This document shows positions 56,156 through 64,000 of a stretch of DNA of 64,000 bases, in pieces. Origin of the DNA: a virus (taxonomy: Duplodnaviria > Heunggongvirae > Uroviricota > Caudoviricetes); the IMG/VR virus record IMGVR_UViG_3300032053_000009, positions 18,630 to 82,629 of that record, one strand, 5' to 3'. Below the pieces are notes generated by a model, which searched no databases, was not told where the DNA came from, and worked only from the letters and a program-made list of their open reading frames with translations. Each line of letters opens with the position of its first letter. The stretch's first letter is position 1. A program made the translations under genes and the position numbers.

Positions 56156-58618
56156 TCAACTCACCCCCGCTGGTTGAAGCTCTTTTTTGGCCTGAGCTTC
56201 TTTAAGCCGTTGCAGCGTCAGCTCAATCGCTTTCAAATTATCGTCAATCTTTTTAATGTGAGACGGATGACTATTGGTTCCGATATTCATTTTTGCTTTC
56301 GAGAACGCCTCATGAGCTTCATCATATTGGCCACGATTAAACAAGATGACGCCAATATCATTCCAGGCACCCCACAACTTTGGATCAAGCTCAACCGTCT
56401 TCCTGTACAGGATAAGCGCTTCATCAAACTTTTTCGTGTGATAAAGATGAATCGCCCGAATAAAAAACGGACGAGGATCTTTAGGCGTCAGCTCGCACTG
56501 ACGTTCAGCCAGCTTGTAATACCAATCATGCTTGGCGTTCAGGGAATGCTTCTCTTTCAAATATCCAAAATGATAGAGAGGCGTTTCTGTTCGCACGATA
56601 TTGACCTTGCGCACTTTGCCCAACTCAACCAAGCTGTCGTCAATGTCTTCATGCACAAGTCTCGTGTAGAAAATACGAGGATCGTTGACGAACATTCGCA
56701 GTGTTTCAGATAACACCCAATTTGAATCCCATCCTTTCACGTGCGGATCTTCCTGATAGTTACGAATCGGGAACAGATAAGCATCCACGTTTTCTCGTTG
56801 CGCCAACTTCCAAATGTTAAAGAGTTGATCCCGTGGTATCACTTCATCCGCATCAAGCCGCAATATCCAAGGCTTTGTGCACGAACGCACCGCTGCGTTA
56901 CGAGGCTCGGCAAAGCCTTGCGTTGGAATGTCCCAAGGAAATTCAATCACCCTGGCGCCAAGCGATTTGGCGATTTCAACAGTCTTGTCCGTGCTTCCGG
57001 TATCGCACACCACCACTTCGTCAGCGATAGCCAGCCCGCTTTTAATCGCTCGCTCAATGTTTTCCTCTTCATTTTTAGCCATGATGCTTAAGCTAAGTTG
57101 ATTGTACCGAGGCAGCTTTTTCTTCCAGTCATTGAATTTGGTCAGCTCGTCATTAAACCGTTTGTCCTCATCTTCAATGCGCTTAGCCTCAATTTCTGGC
57201 GACTCTTTATAGCCGTCCGGCTTCTCCAAATGATCCGGCGTACAGTGCGTGTCTGCCCAGAGCTTATAGCCAGCACAGATCGCCCGTGTGCAGAAGTCCC
57301 GATCTTCACCACGCATATTGCTTGGCAAATTTGGCACCCTGGTATAGCTGACGCCCTTCTCTACTACCTCTTTCCATATCAGCGTGCACGCCCCCAAGCC
57401 ACCCACTGGATACATCCCAGGACGCTTCAACATAGAGATAAAATCATTGCTGATTTCATACCCGCCACGAATCCAAACGTTCGGAAGCGGCTGAGCATCT
57501 TTGTGACCCCAAATCGCCCAAAACACTTCGGACACGATTGGTCGTTCAAGCCCAACCATATGCTTCACAATGCGTGGGTGGCGAATAATGATGTCTGAGT
57601 CGATCATGAACAGCGCTTCCGAGCTGAACTTGTGCAGCGACGCCAGCGCACGATTCCTCATGTAAGCCATGTTTGCCAGCTTCTGATCTTCCCACGTGTG
57701 CTCTTTGTCAGAAGCGTTGCCGAAGTTGATGGTCTCGATCTCAATGAGCTTGTATATTTTGTCCTTCAACGCCGCCCACGTTTTCAGCTTTTCATGCGTG
57801 TCATCATAAGAGTCATTGACAATAAAATAGAAACTCAGCTTGTCCTTGGGGTAATCAATACTCTCCAACCCTTCCAAGAACCGATCCAAAACCCAGCCAC
57901 GATTGCGCAAAAGCGAAGCCACCAAAATCGGCGGCCACTCAATCTCGTCCTTAAATGGCTTGAGCTTGGGCGCCATAAAAATGGAATGAGCGTGCTCAAG
58001 ATTGATCCCTGTCGCCCGCTGAAGATAGAACTCGTACTTGCGCTCCTTATCAGCGTCTTTTGCCCATCCCCAATGATTCAAAAACAGATCCGAACGAGCT
58101 GTACCATTTAGAGTCTCGGCAATGTACCGAGGCACGCAGCCGCAATGAATGGCGCCCGCAAAGCCAAACGGCTGATCCTTGTACCGGAAGAGCCGTGTGA
58201 TGAGCGGACTCCAATACCCATCCACCCTGTACTCGTTCTCATTCCACATATCCAAGAGCCGAACCGAATACCAATCGTACTTGTCGGTCTTGATCAGCTC
58301 CGGCAGCTCCTTTATAAAGCTGTCGCTGAATGTTTCGTCAGCGTCTTGACTGATGATCCAATCCCCTTCTTTGGCAAACTTCTTTGTCAATTCCCATTGC
58401 ACGTTGCGAAGTTTTGATTCATCAATTCCGAACATAGACTGGTCAAACGGCGACGTAAAAAACGTCACCTTGGGATACGACCGACAAATTTCCTCGGTCT
58501 TGTCCGTGCTGCGATCATCCAGAACAAGAATCTTGTCTGCAAACTTCGACGCATTGTCAAGAACCCGTTTCAGGTATCTGTCGGCTTCATTGCGAAGCAT
58601 TATTTGAGTAATGATCAT
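56156..58618 (-). CDS. Tri-domain GT-A glycosyltransferase (three GT2-like domains) with C-terminal TPRs
   Basis: RNEAD...DDRSTD...QDADE; LRNRG...IDSD...GED; KNEE...DTGSTD...LDADE; TPR-like helices at the C-terminus. Confidence 0.9.
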   Translation of the reverse strand: MIITQIMLRNEADRYLKRVLDNASKFADKILVLDDRSTDKTEEICRSYPKVTFFTSPFDQSMFGIDESKLRNVQWELTKKFAKEGDWIISQDADETFSDSFIKELPELIKTDKYDWYSVRLLDMWNENEYRVDGYWSPLITRLFRYKDQPFGFAGAIHCGCVPRYIAETLNGTARSDLFLNHWGWAKDADKERKYEFYLQRATGINLEHAHSIFMAPKLKPFKDEIEWPPILVASLLRNRGWVLDRFLEGLESIDYPKDKLSFYFIVNDSYDDTHEKLKTWAALKDKIYKLIEIETINFGNASDKEHTWEDQKLANMAYMRNRALASLHKFSSEALFMIDSDIIIRHPRIVKHMVGLERPIVSEVFWAIWGHKDAQPLPNVWIRGGYEISNDFISMLKRPGMYPVGGLGACTLIWKEVVEKGVSYTRVPNLPSNMRGEDRDFCTRAICAGYKLWADTHCTPDHLEKPDGYKESPEIEAKRIEDEDKRFNDELTKFNDWKKKLPRYNQLSLSIMAKNEEENIERAIKSGLAIADEVVVCDTGSTDKTVEIAKSLGARVIEFPWDIPTQGFAEPRNAAVRSCTKPWILRLDADEVIPRDQLFNIWKLAQRENVDAYLFPIRNYQEDPHVKGWDSNWVLSETLRMFVNDPRIFYTRLVHEDIDDSLVELGKVRKVNIVRTETPLYHFGYLKEKHSLNAKHDWYYKLAERQCELTPKDPRPFFIRAIHLYHTKKFDEALILYRKTVELDPKLWGAWNDIGVILFNRGQYDEAHEAFSKAKMNIGTNSHPSHIKKIDDNLKAIELTLQRLKEAQAKKELQPAGVS

Positions 58619-58636
58619 TTGTTTCTCCTTGTGTTT

Positions 58637-59332
58637 TCAGTTTTCATTTACGTATTCCTCTACAGTCGCCGGAGTAGTGATTGATTTGGCATGTTCCAAA
58701 TTAACCCCATCCGCACGACCGTCAAGATAAAATTGTTGTTTGGCTAACCGTTTGTCTTCGTTAGCCCAGCCCCAATGAATAATCTTTATGTCCCGCCGCT
58801 CAGTGCCGTTTGCACTGTCCACGATATACTTCGGCAAAAGCGGAACGTGATTAACCGCTGTCGGCAACTCCGCTGGCAAATTCTTATATCGAAAGAAAAC
58901 CTCTTTCACTGGCGACCAATATCCATCCACCCTGTACGTTGTCGGCGACCACATATCCAAAAGCCGAAACCGGAACCAATCGTGTTCAGATGCCATCAGC
59001 TCCTTAACTTTTAAGGTGAATGACTTTTCTATTTCTTCATCAGCGTCAAGCGCCAAAATCCAATCCCCATCTTTGGCAATCTCGCACGTTTTCTGCCACT
59101 GCACTTCACGAAACTTCGGCTCATTGATCGGATACATCGGAACATCAAAGGGCGATTCACGAAATAGAATATTCGGAAACGACCGACACACCGATCTCGT
59201 GGCGCCTCCGTCATCGCTCTTATCGTCCAAGATCATGACGTAATCAACAGCGTCGGTAATAGAAGTCAGCACCTTCACAAAGTAAGAATTGTGAGCTTCA
59301 TTACGCACGATCATGGATGCCACGATAGCCAT
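58637..59332 (-). CDS. GT2-like glycosyltransferase, paralog of domain 1 of the 820-aa enzyme
   Basis: VRNEA...DDKSDD...LDADE...RLLDMW...YRVDGYWSP...HWGWA shared with the neighbour. Confidence 0.9.
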   Translation of the reverse strand: MAIVASMIVRNEAHNSYFVKVLTSITDAVDYVMILDDKSDDGGATRSVCRSFPNILFRESPFDVPMYPINEPKFREVQWQKTCEIAKDGDWILALDADEEIEKSFTLKVKELMASEHDWFRFRLLDMWSPTTYRVDGYWSPVKEVFFRYKNLPAELPTAVNHVPLLPKYIVDSANGTERRDIKIIHWGWANEDKRLAKQQFYLDGRADGVNLEHAKSITTPATVEEYVNEN

Positions 59333-59962
59333 TTATTTCTCCAACACTACGCCATAGACAGCCAATTGATCGACATGACAATCAATGTCGAACTCACGAC
59401 TGGTCAACACATCCACGGGAAGCACCGGAGTAATACCAAGATTTCCTGCGAACTTGGTAAAGTCGGCCAACGAGAACTGATACGGGCTTGGCTCAATGCT
59501 GACATCCACGGTGAGATAAAAACGACACCCTGGCTTGAGCACTCTCATACACTCATTGAACGTCTCCATCGGATCATTGCCTACGTGCTCCAAAACGCTG
59601 ATGCAAAAAACAGCATCAAAGTTATTGTCTGGGAACGGCATTTTTCTAACATCCGAAACACACGGAACGAGATTTGGAAGCTCTTGTTCGTGCACAGCAA
59701 TCGCTGGGTCGATGTCAACATTAACGACCTTCTTCACTTTCTTGCACAGATACCGCTGAAACACGGAATGACCGCCGCCCGCATCCAGCACGACATGATC
59801 AATGTCCAGATAAGTGTCCTGAAGTATGATCCACGGGTACTCCCATTGACGGCTCCACGCCAGCCGACCTTTGTTCAGCATCTCCAAGTCTTTCTTCATG
59901 GAGACGAACTCCGGCTTAAGCAGATCCGTTTTGAGTCCATATGTATGCGATATGACTTTCAT
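59333..59962 (-). CDS. Class I SAM-dependent methyltransferase (Methyltransf_11-like)
   Basis: R.WEYPW...VLDAGGG; MPFPDNNFDAVFCISVLEH; RVLKPG. Confidence 0.9.
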   Translation of the reverse strand: MKVISHTYGLKTDLLKPEFVSMKKDLEMLNKGRLAWSRQWEYPWIILQDTYLDIDHVVLDAGGGHSVFQRYLCKKVKKVVNVDIDPAIAVHEQELPNLVPCVSDVRKMPFPDNNFDAVFCISVLEHVGNDPMETFNECMRVLKPGCRFYLTVDVSIEPSPYQFSLADFTKFAGNLGITPVLPVDVLTSREFDIDCHVDQLAVYGVVLEK

Positions 59963-59965
59963 CGT

Positions 59966-60847
59966 TTATCCGACAACATTCAACTCGTGCGCCCAGTACG
60001 CACCTTCAACGCCGTTTTCCCACTTCACCATAAACGAGCCGTCCTTGTTTTTCTTCTGAACGATCCCTTGATGAGCACCTTTCGCCACCGTCGCTAACCG
60101 AGTCACGGGCTTGTACCCTTCTTCTTTGGGAACGACAAATGAGGCTTTCTTGTCCATCTTCGGAACCGACAACGCATTCAACACCGCCGTCGCTATACGT
60201 AACGACGCCTCTCTCTTTTTGTTTTTGTCTATGAATTCATCGAGAGTTGTTTTCTCGTTGGCGTTCCCAAACTTCTTAAATGAACAATATTCCTTTTGCT
60301 CCGCCTTCATGTAGAACGGACAAGCGCTGTCACCGAATGTGCCTCGGCACGCATGAATCTCAATTTTGACCTCATCCATCGGACAAATGGGAGCTTCTGA
60401 CTTCAGCTCTGCAAACACTTCAACGCCAGCCTTCGCTACCTTGGCGTTGTCGATACGAACCAAAGCGAATCCAGATTCCCAATCCAAATCAATAATGGAT
60501 GCCTTTTTTTGATATTTCTTGTTCACGTAAGCCAGCACTTCACGAGAAATGGTATTAGCATCCCAGTTTGTACTGTTCGTGTTTTTCAAGTCCCATTGCG
60601 CCGCCACAAAAAGAGCGTCATCTGCTGCCGCATAATGAGACCATTGCTCTGTCACTTTGCCAGACTCCACGGCTTGGAATTCTGTTGGTTCGTTCTGAGG
60701 TCGTGCCTCCCATACCGTCTTCGTCATATTCCACTTCCAAGACTTACCAGCACCAGGATCGGTCGTCGGTTTTGGAACGGATGGACGCTGTGCCACCCTA
60801 TGATGTCTTTGCTCCTTTAATGTTTGGAGCCGATCTTTAATGTTCAT
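59966..60847 (-). CDS. Hypothetical head-region protein with C-terminal SH3-like domain
   Basis: 293 aa; HQGIVQKK...FMVKWENG...YWAHEL. Confidence 0.65.
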   Translation of the reverse strand: MNIKDRLQTLKEQRHHRVAQRPSVPKPTTDPGAGKSWKWNMTKTVWEARPQNEPTEFQAVESGKVTEQWSHYAAADDALFVAAQWDLKNTNSTNWDANTISREVLAYVNKKYQKKASIIDLDWESGFALVRIDNAKVAKAGVEVFAELKSEAPICPMDEVKIEIHACRGTFGDSACPFYMKAEQKEYCSFKKFGNANEKTTLDEFIDKNKKREASLRIATAVLNALSVPKMDKKASFVVPKEEGYKPVTRLATVAKGAHQGIVQKKNKDGSFMVKWENGVEGAYWAHELNVVG

Positions 60848-60878
60848 TGAGTGTTCCTCCTCCTTAAATCAGAAACCA

Positions 60879-62858
60879 TTACTTCGACGGCTGCTCTGAC
60901 ATACAAAGCGACCGACGTTGCAGGTAATCTTCTATTTCTAAAGCCTCATATACGTCAGGATCTTTCAGTGTCGGTTCTCTAAATTGGACAAATACCATCC
61001 ACTTCTTATGTTCCGTGCTCAACTCCGCTTGCGCCTGAACAAATGAAATGCACTCTGACCCGTCATCGTTAGCAATCAAACCATTCAGATCAGGCTTGCT
61101 CCTGGTGGGGGTTCCTGGGGGTAAATCGGGAGCGGACTCTCCTGGCTTGGCGGCCTCTCCTCGTCCTTCTTCTTTCGTCGTTTTTTCTTCGGGAGCGGTT
61201 TCGGTTCTTCGGGTAGAGGGTTTTTCTTGTCCTCCGGCTTTGACTCTATCGAGTCTTGCATTGGCAACCTCCAAAATAATTTTCGAGGCATCGGCAATCA
61301 TTTCGGCGGCGTTTCCATATTCCTGTTTCATGCTGGTTCGGAAATCAACCAACCCAACAGTGATGTCTTCAGGATCAATAAATCGTAGTTCGCCACTCGG
61401 CGTCTCGTTATCGACAGCCCAATAACGAATGCTGTCCACGGTGTCAATGTGTCCCAGCGCCTTGTAATATTCCAAATTGGCGTCATAGGAATCCCAAAGG
61501 ATCTGAAATTGATCCGGCGACAATGATTGATCCGCCGCAGACCGCACACCGTAATCAAGTCTGCTCTTCAAGCCTTTGCCTTCTAAAATGCTTTCGTCGT
61601 AATAGCGACGATCAATATCCTTCATGATCTCGTCTTCGGTTTTGTGACGCACAAATTCAATTTCATTCGGATGAACTTCAAAAATCTCCTGACCGTTAAT
61701 CGGTCTGTTCCAGCGAACCACGATGTCGATGTCGGCTTCGTGGTGCATCTTCGATATGGCAATCACCTCGCCCTCGGTGCTGGTGTTGATGTCCTTAACA
61801 ATATCCCCGACCGTTATCAAAAGCGTCTTCTCATCTTCAGCGCTAAATCGGTTCAAAGAATAATTGCCGTACCCGTCCTGAACCATTGTGCCTTTGCGCA
61901 TCAAGCCAAAGAGATGTTCTGGCGGATAAGCTAAATTGGATTTCTTCATTAAGGAAAGAAGGTACGGCGCCGCACGCTGAACGAACGACGGAATGTTCCT
62001 GGGATGAACTTCGCCGCAGTCGTTCACGAGTCCGTGAAATACAGCCAGCTCTTTTTTATCAGACACGACCGACAGCAAGTCCTCAAGGCTGAACGCCACG
62101 TCAAACGCCGACATCTTAAATGCCCTGCGACACCACGGGTTATAAACAGCCCTCACAAACAGCGGCGAAATGGCTGCTTTGGGCACGAAAAACGACACAT
62201 CTGCGTCACCATCTGACGGCACGCCTTCAACCGCATTGGGGGGCACTTTCACGATCACGACCTGATAGCCACGATGATTGGCTGCCACGCCAATTGAATC
62301 CGTCAAGGTCTCACTCTCCGGCACCCCGTTAGCCACCGGATCAGCAAAGCGGCTCACAGCGGCGTACAGCGTCAGCGACGCCTGCGTAGATGACAGCTCG
62401 TGATGAGGCAGGTTCAAAAACAATTCCACCATCTCCCACGCTTCATCAAATTTACCTTTGTCGATCAGATCCTTGAACTTCCTCAAATCCTCTTCATCCG
62501 CCCGTTGAATAAACTGAGCCGTCTCCATGACACCCATCCAACCAGGATAAAACAGGGATTGACGCTTTATGGATGACCGGATGTGAATCGGTGGGTTGTA
62601 AATAGACAATATGCGGTCGGCAGCAATCACTTTTTTGGTGTACATTCCGAGAGATCCAACCGACACAATGTGCTCGCCAGGAACGTCAACCTCAACCACC
62701 ACGGGCTTGCCTCCCGACAGCGCCCGCAACGAAGCGAAGAAAACGGCTTCATTGAGCGATGATGTCAACCACGCTGGCTGCTTATTTTCCCAGTCCCAAA
62801 GCCCATGTTTTGAAATCTTGTCTACGAGTGCGTCTGTTGTTCCGTGATAAACTTTCAT
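60879..62858 (-). CDS. Multidomain protein with N-terminal ADP-ribosyltransferase-fold (KptA/Tpt1-like) domain and a degenerate second copy
   Basis: KVYHGT...I..HGL...WLTSSL.EA..FA...VVVEVDVP; second copy LYAAV...LTDSI.VA...VVIVKVP...VYNP. Confidence 0.65.
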   Translation of the reverse strand: MKVYHGTTDALVDKISKHGLWDWENKQPAWLTSSLNEAVFFASLRALSGGKPVVVEVDVPGEHIVSVGSLGMYTKKVIAADRILSIYNPPIHIRSSIKRQSLFYPGWMGVMETAQFIQRADEEDLRKFKDLIDKGKFDEAWEMVELFLNLPHHELSSTQASLTLYAAVSRFADPVANGVPESETLTDSIGVAANHRGYQVVIVKVPPNAVEGVPSDGDADVSFFVPKAAISPLFVRAVYNPWCRRAFKMSAFDVAFSLEDLLSVVSDKKELAVFHGLVNDCGEVHPRNIPSFVQRAAPYLLSLMKKSNLAYPPEHLFGLMRKGTMVQDGYGNYSLNRFSAEDEKTLLITVGDIVKDINTSTEGEVIAISKMHHEADIDIVVRWNRPINGQEIFEVHPNEIEFVRHKTEDEIMKDIDRRYYDESILEGKGLKSRLDYGVRSAADQSLSPDQFQILWDSYDANLEYYKALGHIDTVDSIRYWAVDNETPSGELRFIDPEDITVGLVDFRTSMKQEYGNAAEMIADASKIILEVANARLDRVKAGGQEKPSTRRTETAPEEKTTKEEGRGEAAKPGESAPDLPPGTPTRSKPDLNGLIANDDGSECISFVQAQAELSTEHKKWMVFVQFREPTLKDPDVYEALEIEDYLQRRSLCMSEQPSK

Positions 62859-63298
62859 AGCTGAGCTTCCCCTTTCAGTCCAAAACTGTCCACACGAACT
62901 GGTTTTAACTCGGCCTTGTCACGGCAATAAACGATAACCGAGCAATTCTTGTCCCCTGGATGGCTCCTTTCAAAGAGCGGAGCGTCATGAGACAATCCCG
63001 ACAAAAACTGGTTCAGATCCCACCGCTGGCCGTGCAAGGCCACACACACGTCATGCACCGACGCCCCACTGTCCCATTGCACGGTGTCGTACCCTTTGGA
63101 CATAAGCGCTTGCAAAACTGGTCTGGACAGATCCTTTCTATGGTTCCCACGACCCCGCCCTGGCGTCTTACTTGGCTCTTTGATCGTGTCTTGTTTCTTG
63201 CGAACGAATTTCTCTTTGAACCTGCGCCACAACCCGCCCCAGTCTATGGCCTTTCTCTCCATCGGCTGTTCAATGGCTGTCCAAGGCATTTTTCGCAT
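62855..63298 (-). CDS. Phage head morphogenesis (Mu gpF/SPP1 gp7-like) C-terminal domain protein
   Basis: W...S..DVC.ALHG...SHPGDKNCSV resembles C..L.G...P.HPNCRC. Confidence 0.55.
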   Translation of the reverse strand: MRKMPWTAIEQPMERKAIDWGGLWRRFKEKFVRKKQDTIKEPSKTPGRGRGNHRKDLSRPVLQALMSKGYDTVQWDSGASVHDVCVALHGQRWDLNQFLSGLSHDAPLFERSHPGDKNCSVIVYCRDKAELKPVRVDSFGLKGEAQL

Positions 63299-63333
63299 CT
63301 CCCTTAAAAAACGAATCTAAAAATCAACTCAAA

Positions 63334-63375
63334 TACTTGCACAGTTTCGACCCTCTCCCCGTATATGTTATAGGG
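63334..63375 (+). promoter_or_regulatory. Conserved early promoter/operator motif, copy 3
   Basis: TACTTGCAC-N15-CCCGTATATGTTATAGGG, directly followed by GGAGG SD and ATG 63387. Confidence 0.7.
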
Positions 63376-63386
63376 AGGACAACTTT

Positions 63387-63911
63387 ATGAAAACAGCTAA
63401 AATATGGCGCCCAGATCTGGGACGGTACGTCGAAGTTGACGCCGCCGTCGTTGAAAAAATCAAAGCCGCCTCAAAAATCAAGAACGCTCGCAACCTCTTA
63501 CACAAAGAATCAGCACAAACATTCTTTCAGCGAGTCAACATCATTGATCTTGCGTTTCGCCTCTTCTTCTTTTTCGGTATTGTCTGCCCGTGTGTCGGGA
63601 TTGTTATTTACGGCTTCGTTCAATCCGTCGGTACACAAACCTCTCTCCAAGTGCTGGCTCTTCTTGGCGTTCTTGTTGGCATCATGTTCGTACTTGTCGT
63701 GCTCTGCTACCTCAGCCAATTGCCCGCCAACGAGCTTTCTCTTGGCTTAACTGTCGGCACCTTCATCAAAGCTATTGTCATGACGCCAATCGCCTTAATC
63801 GGCTCGTTCTTTGTCGCCAAAGCCCCCAAAGGCACCGTGGGCGCTGGCGGCATCGTCTCCGACATGATTAATGACGCTGGCGAAATCATTGACAAGGTGA
63901 AACACAGATGA
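63387..63911 (+). CDS. Membrane protein (2-3 TM helices)
   Basis: Hydrophobic segments around aa 55-140; GGAGG SD. Confidence 0.75.
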   Translation: MKTAKIWRPDLGRYVEVDAAVVEKIKAASKIKNARNLLHKESAQTFFQRVNIIDLAFRLFFFFGIVCPCVGIVIYGFVQSVGTQTSLQVLALLGVLVGIMFVLVVLCYLSQLPANELSLGLTVGTFIKAIVMTPIALIGSFFVAKAPKGTVGAGGIVSDMINDAGEIIDKVKHR

Positions 63912-64000
63912 GATCGCTCAAGCTCATCAAACACTTCGTCGGCTACAAGCTCGGTCTATATCAAACATCAATCCGAGGGCGTCCGTGGGCGATCCTGTTA
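63908..64000 (+). CDS. Partial hypothetical protein (runs off right edge)
   Basis: ATGA overlap; MRSLKLIKHFVGYKLGLYQTSIRGRPWAILL... Confidence 0.45.
   Translation, partial: MRSLKLIKHFVGYKLGLYQTSIRGRPWAILL

Noticed and set aside
56156-59962. DNA hypermodification (glucosyl-base) cluster
   Set aside because: No hydroxymethylase, kinase or nucleotide-metabolism genes nearby; the position in the virion operon and the TPR fusion favour protein or glycan substrates. Not fully excluded.
12300-63300. Numerous plus-strand ORFs of 60-270 aa across the late operon
   Set aside because: Antisense shadows of long minus-strand genes, lacking SD sites and recognisable motifs.
1-64000. CRISPR array, tRNA or rRNA genes
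   Set aside because: Intergenic gaps are short (mostly under 170 nt) and none shows repeat-spacer periodicity or cloverleaf signatures.
1-64000. Stop-codon reassignment (alternative genetic code)
   Set aside because: Long genes are intact and tightly coupled under the standard code, with both TAA and TGA used as real stops; no fragmentation pattern.
1-64000. Prophage boundaries or integrase
   Set aside because: No host genes, att-like repeats or integrase in the window; lifestyle cannot be assigned.

Overview
This 64-kb window is a fragment of an uncultured-type tailed bacteriophage with a contractile (myovirus-like) tail. It uses the standard bacterial code, with tightly packed genes and GGAGG/GAGGT Shine-Dalgarno sites. 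Layout: (i) 1-8.3 kb, a leftward early/accessory region of small hypothetical genes (DUF932-, DUF3846-, SprT-like, zinc-finger, HTH); (ii) 8.4-12.2 kb, a rightward replication block (SNF2-like helicase, DnaC-like ATPase, two HNH-type genes); (iii) 12.3-63.3 kb, one continuous minus-strand late operon. In transcription order that operon encodes a gpF-like head protein, a tandem ADP-ribosyltransferase-like protein, a methyltransferase and two glycosyltransferases, two Ser/Thr-rich 14-residue-repeat fibre proteins, a permuted NlpC/P60, neck, sheath, tube, frameshifted tail chaperone, tape measure, baseplate, long fibres, an array of paralogous carbohydrate-binding receptor-binding proteins, a His-rich needle fibre, endolysin and holin; (iv) from 63.4 kb, the start of a second, rightward early unit. 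Terminase, portal, major capsid, polymerase, integrase, tRNAs and CRISPR arrays were not recognised. The best candidates for undescribed biology are a virion-glycosylation locus next to novel QEVTQLS coiled-coil fibres, and a 9-gene/13-domain CBM-like receptor-binding family in which a perfect 35-bp repeat brackets exactly one gene. All family assignments come from motifs recognised by eye; no database search was run.
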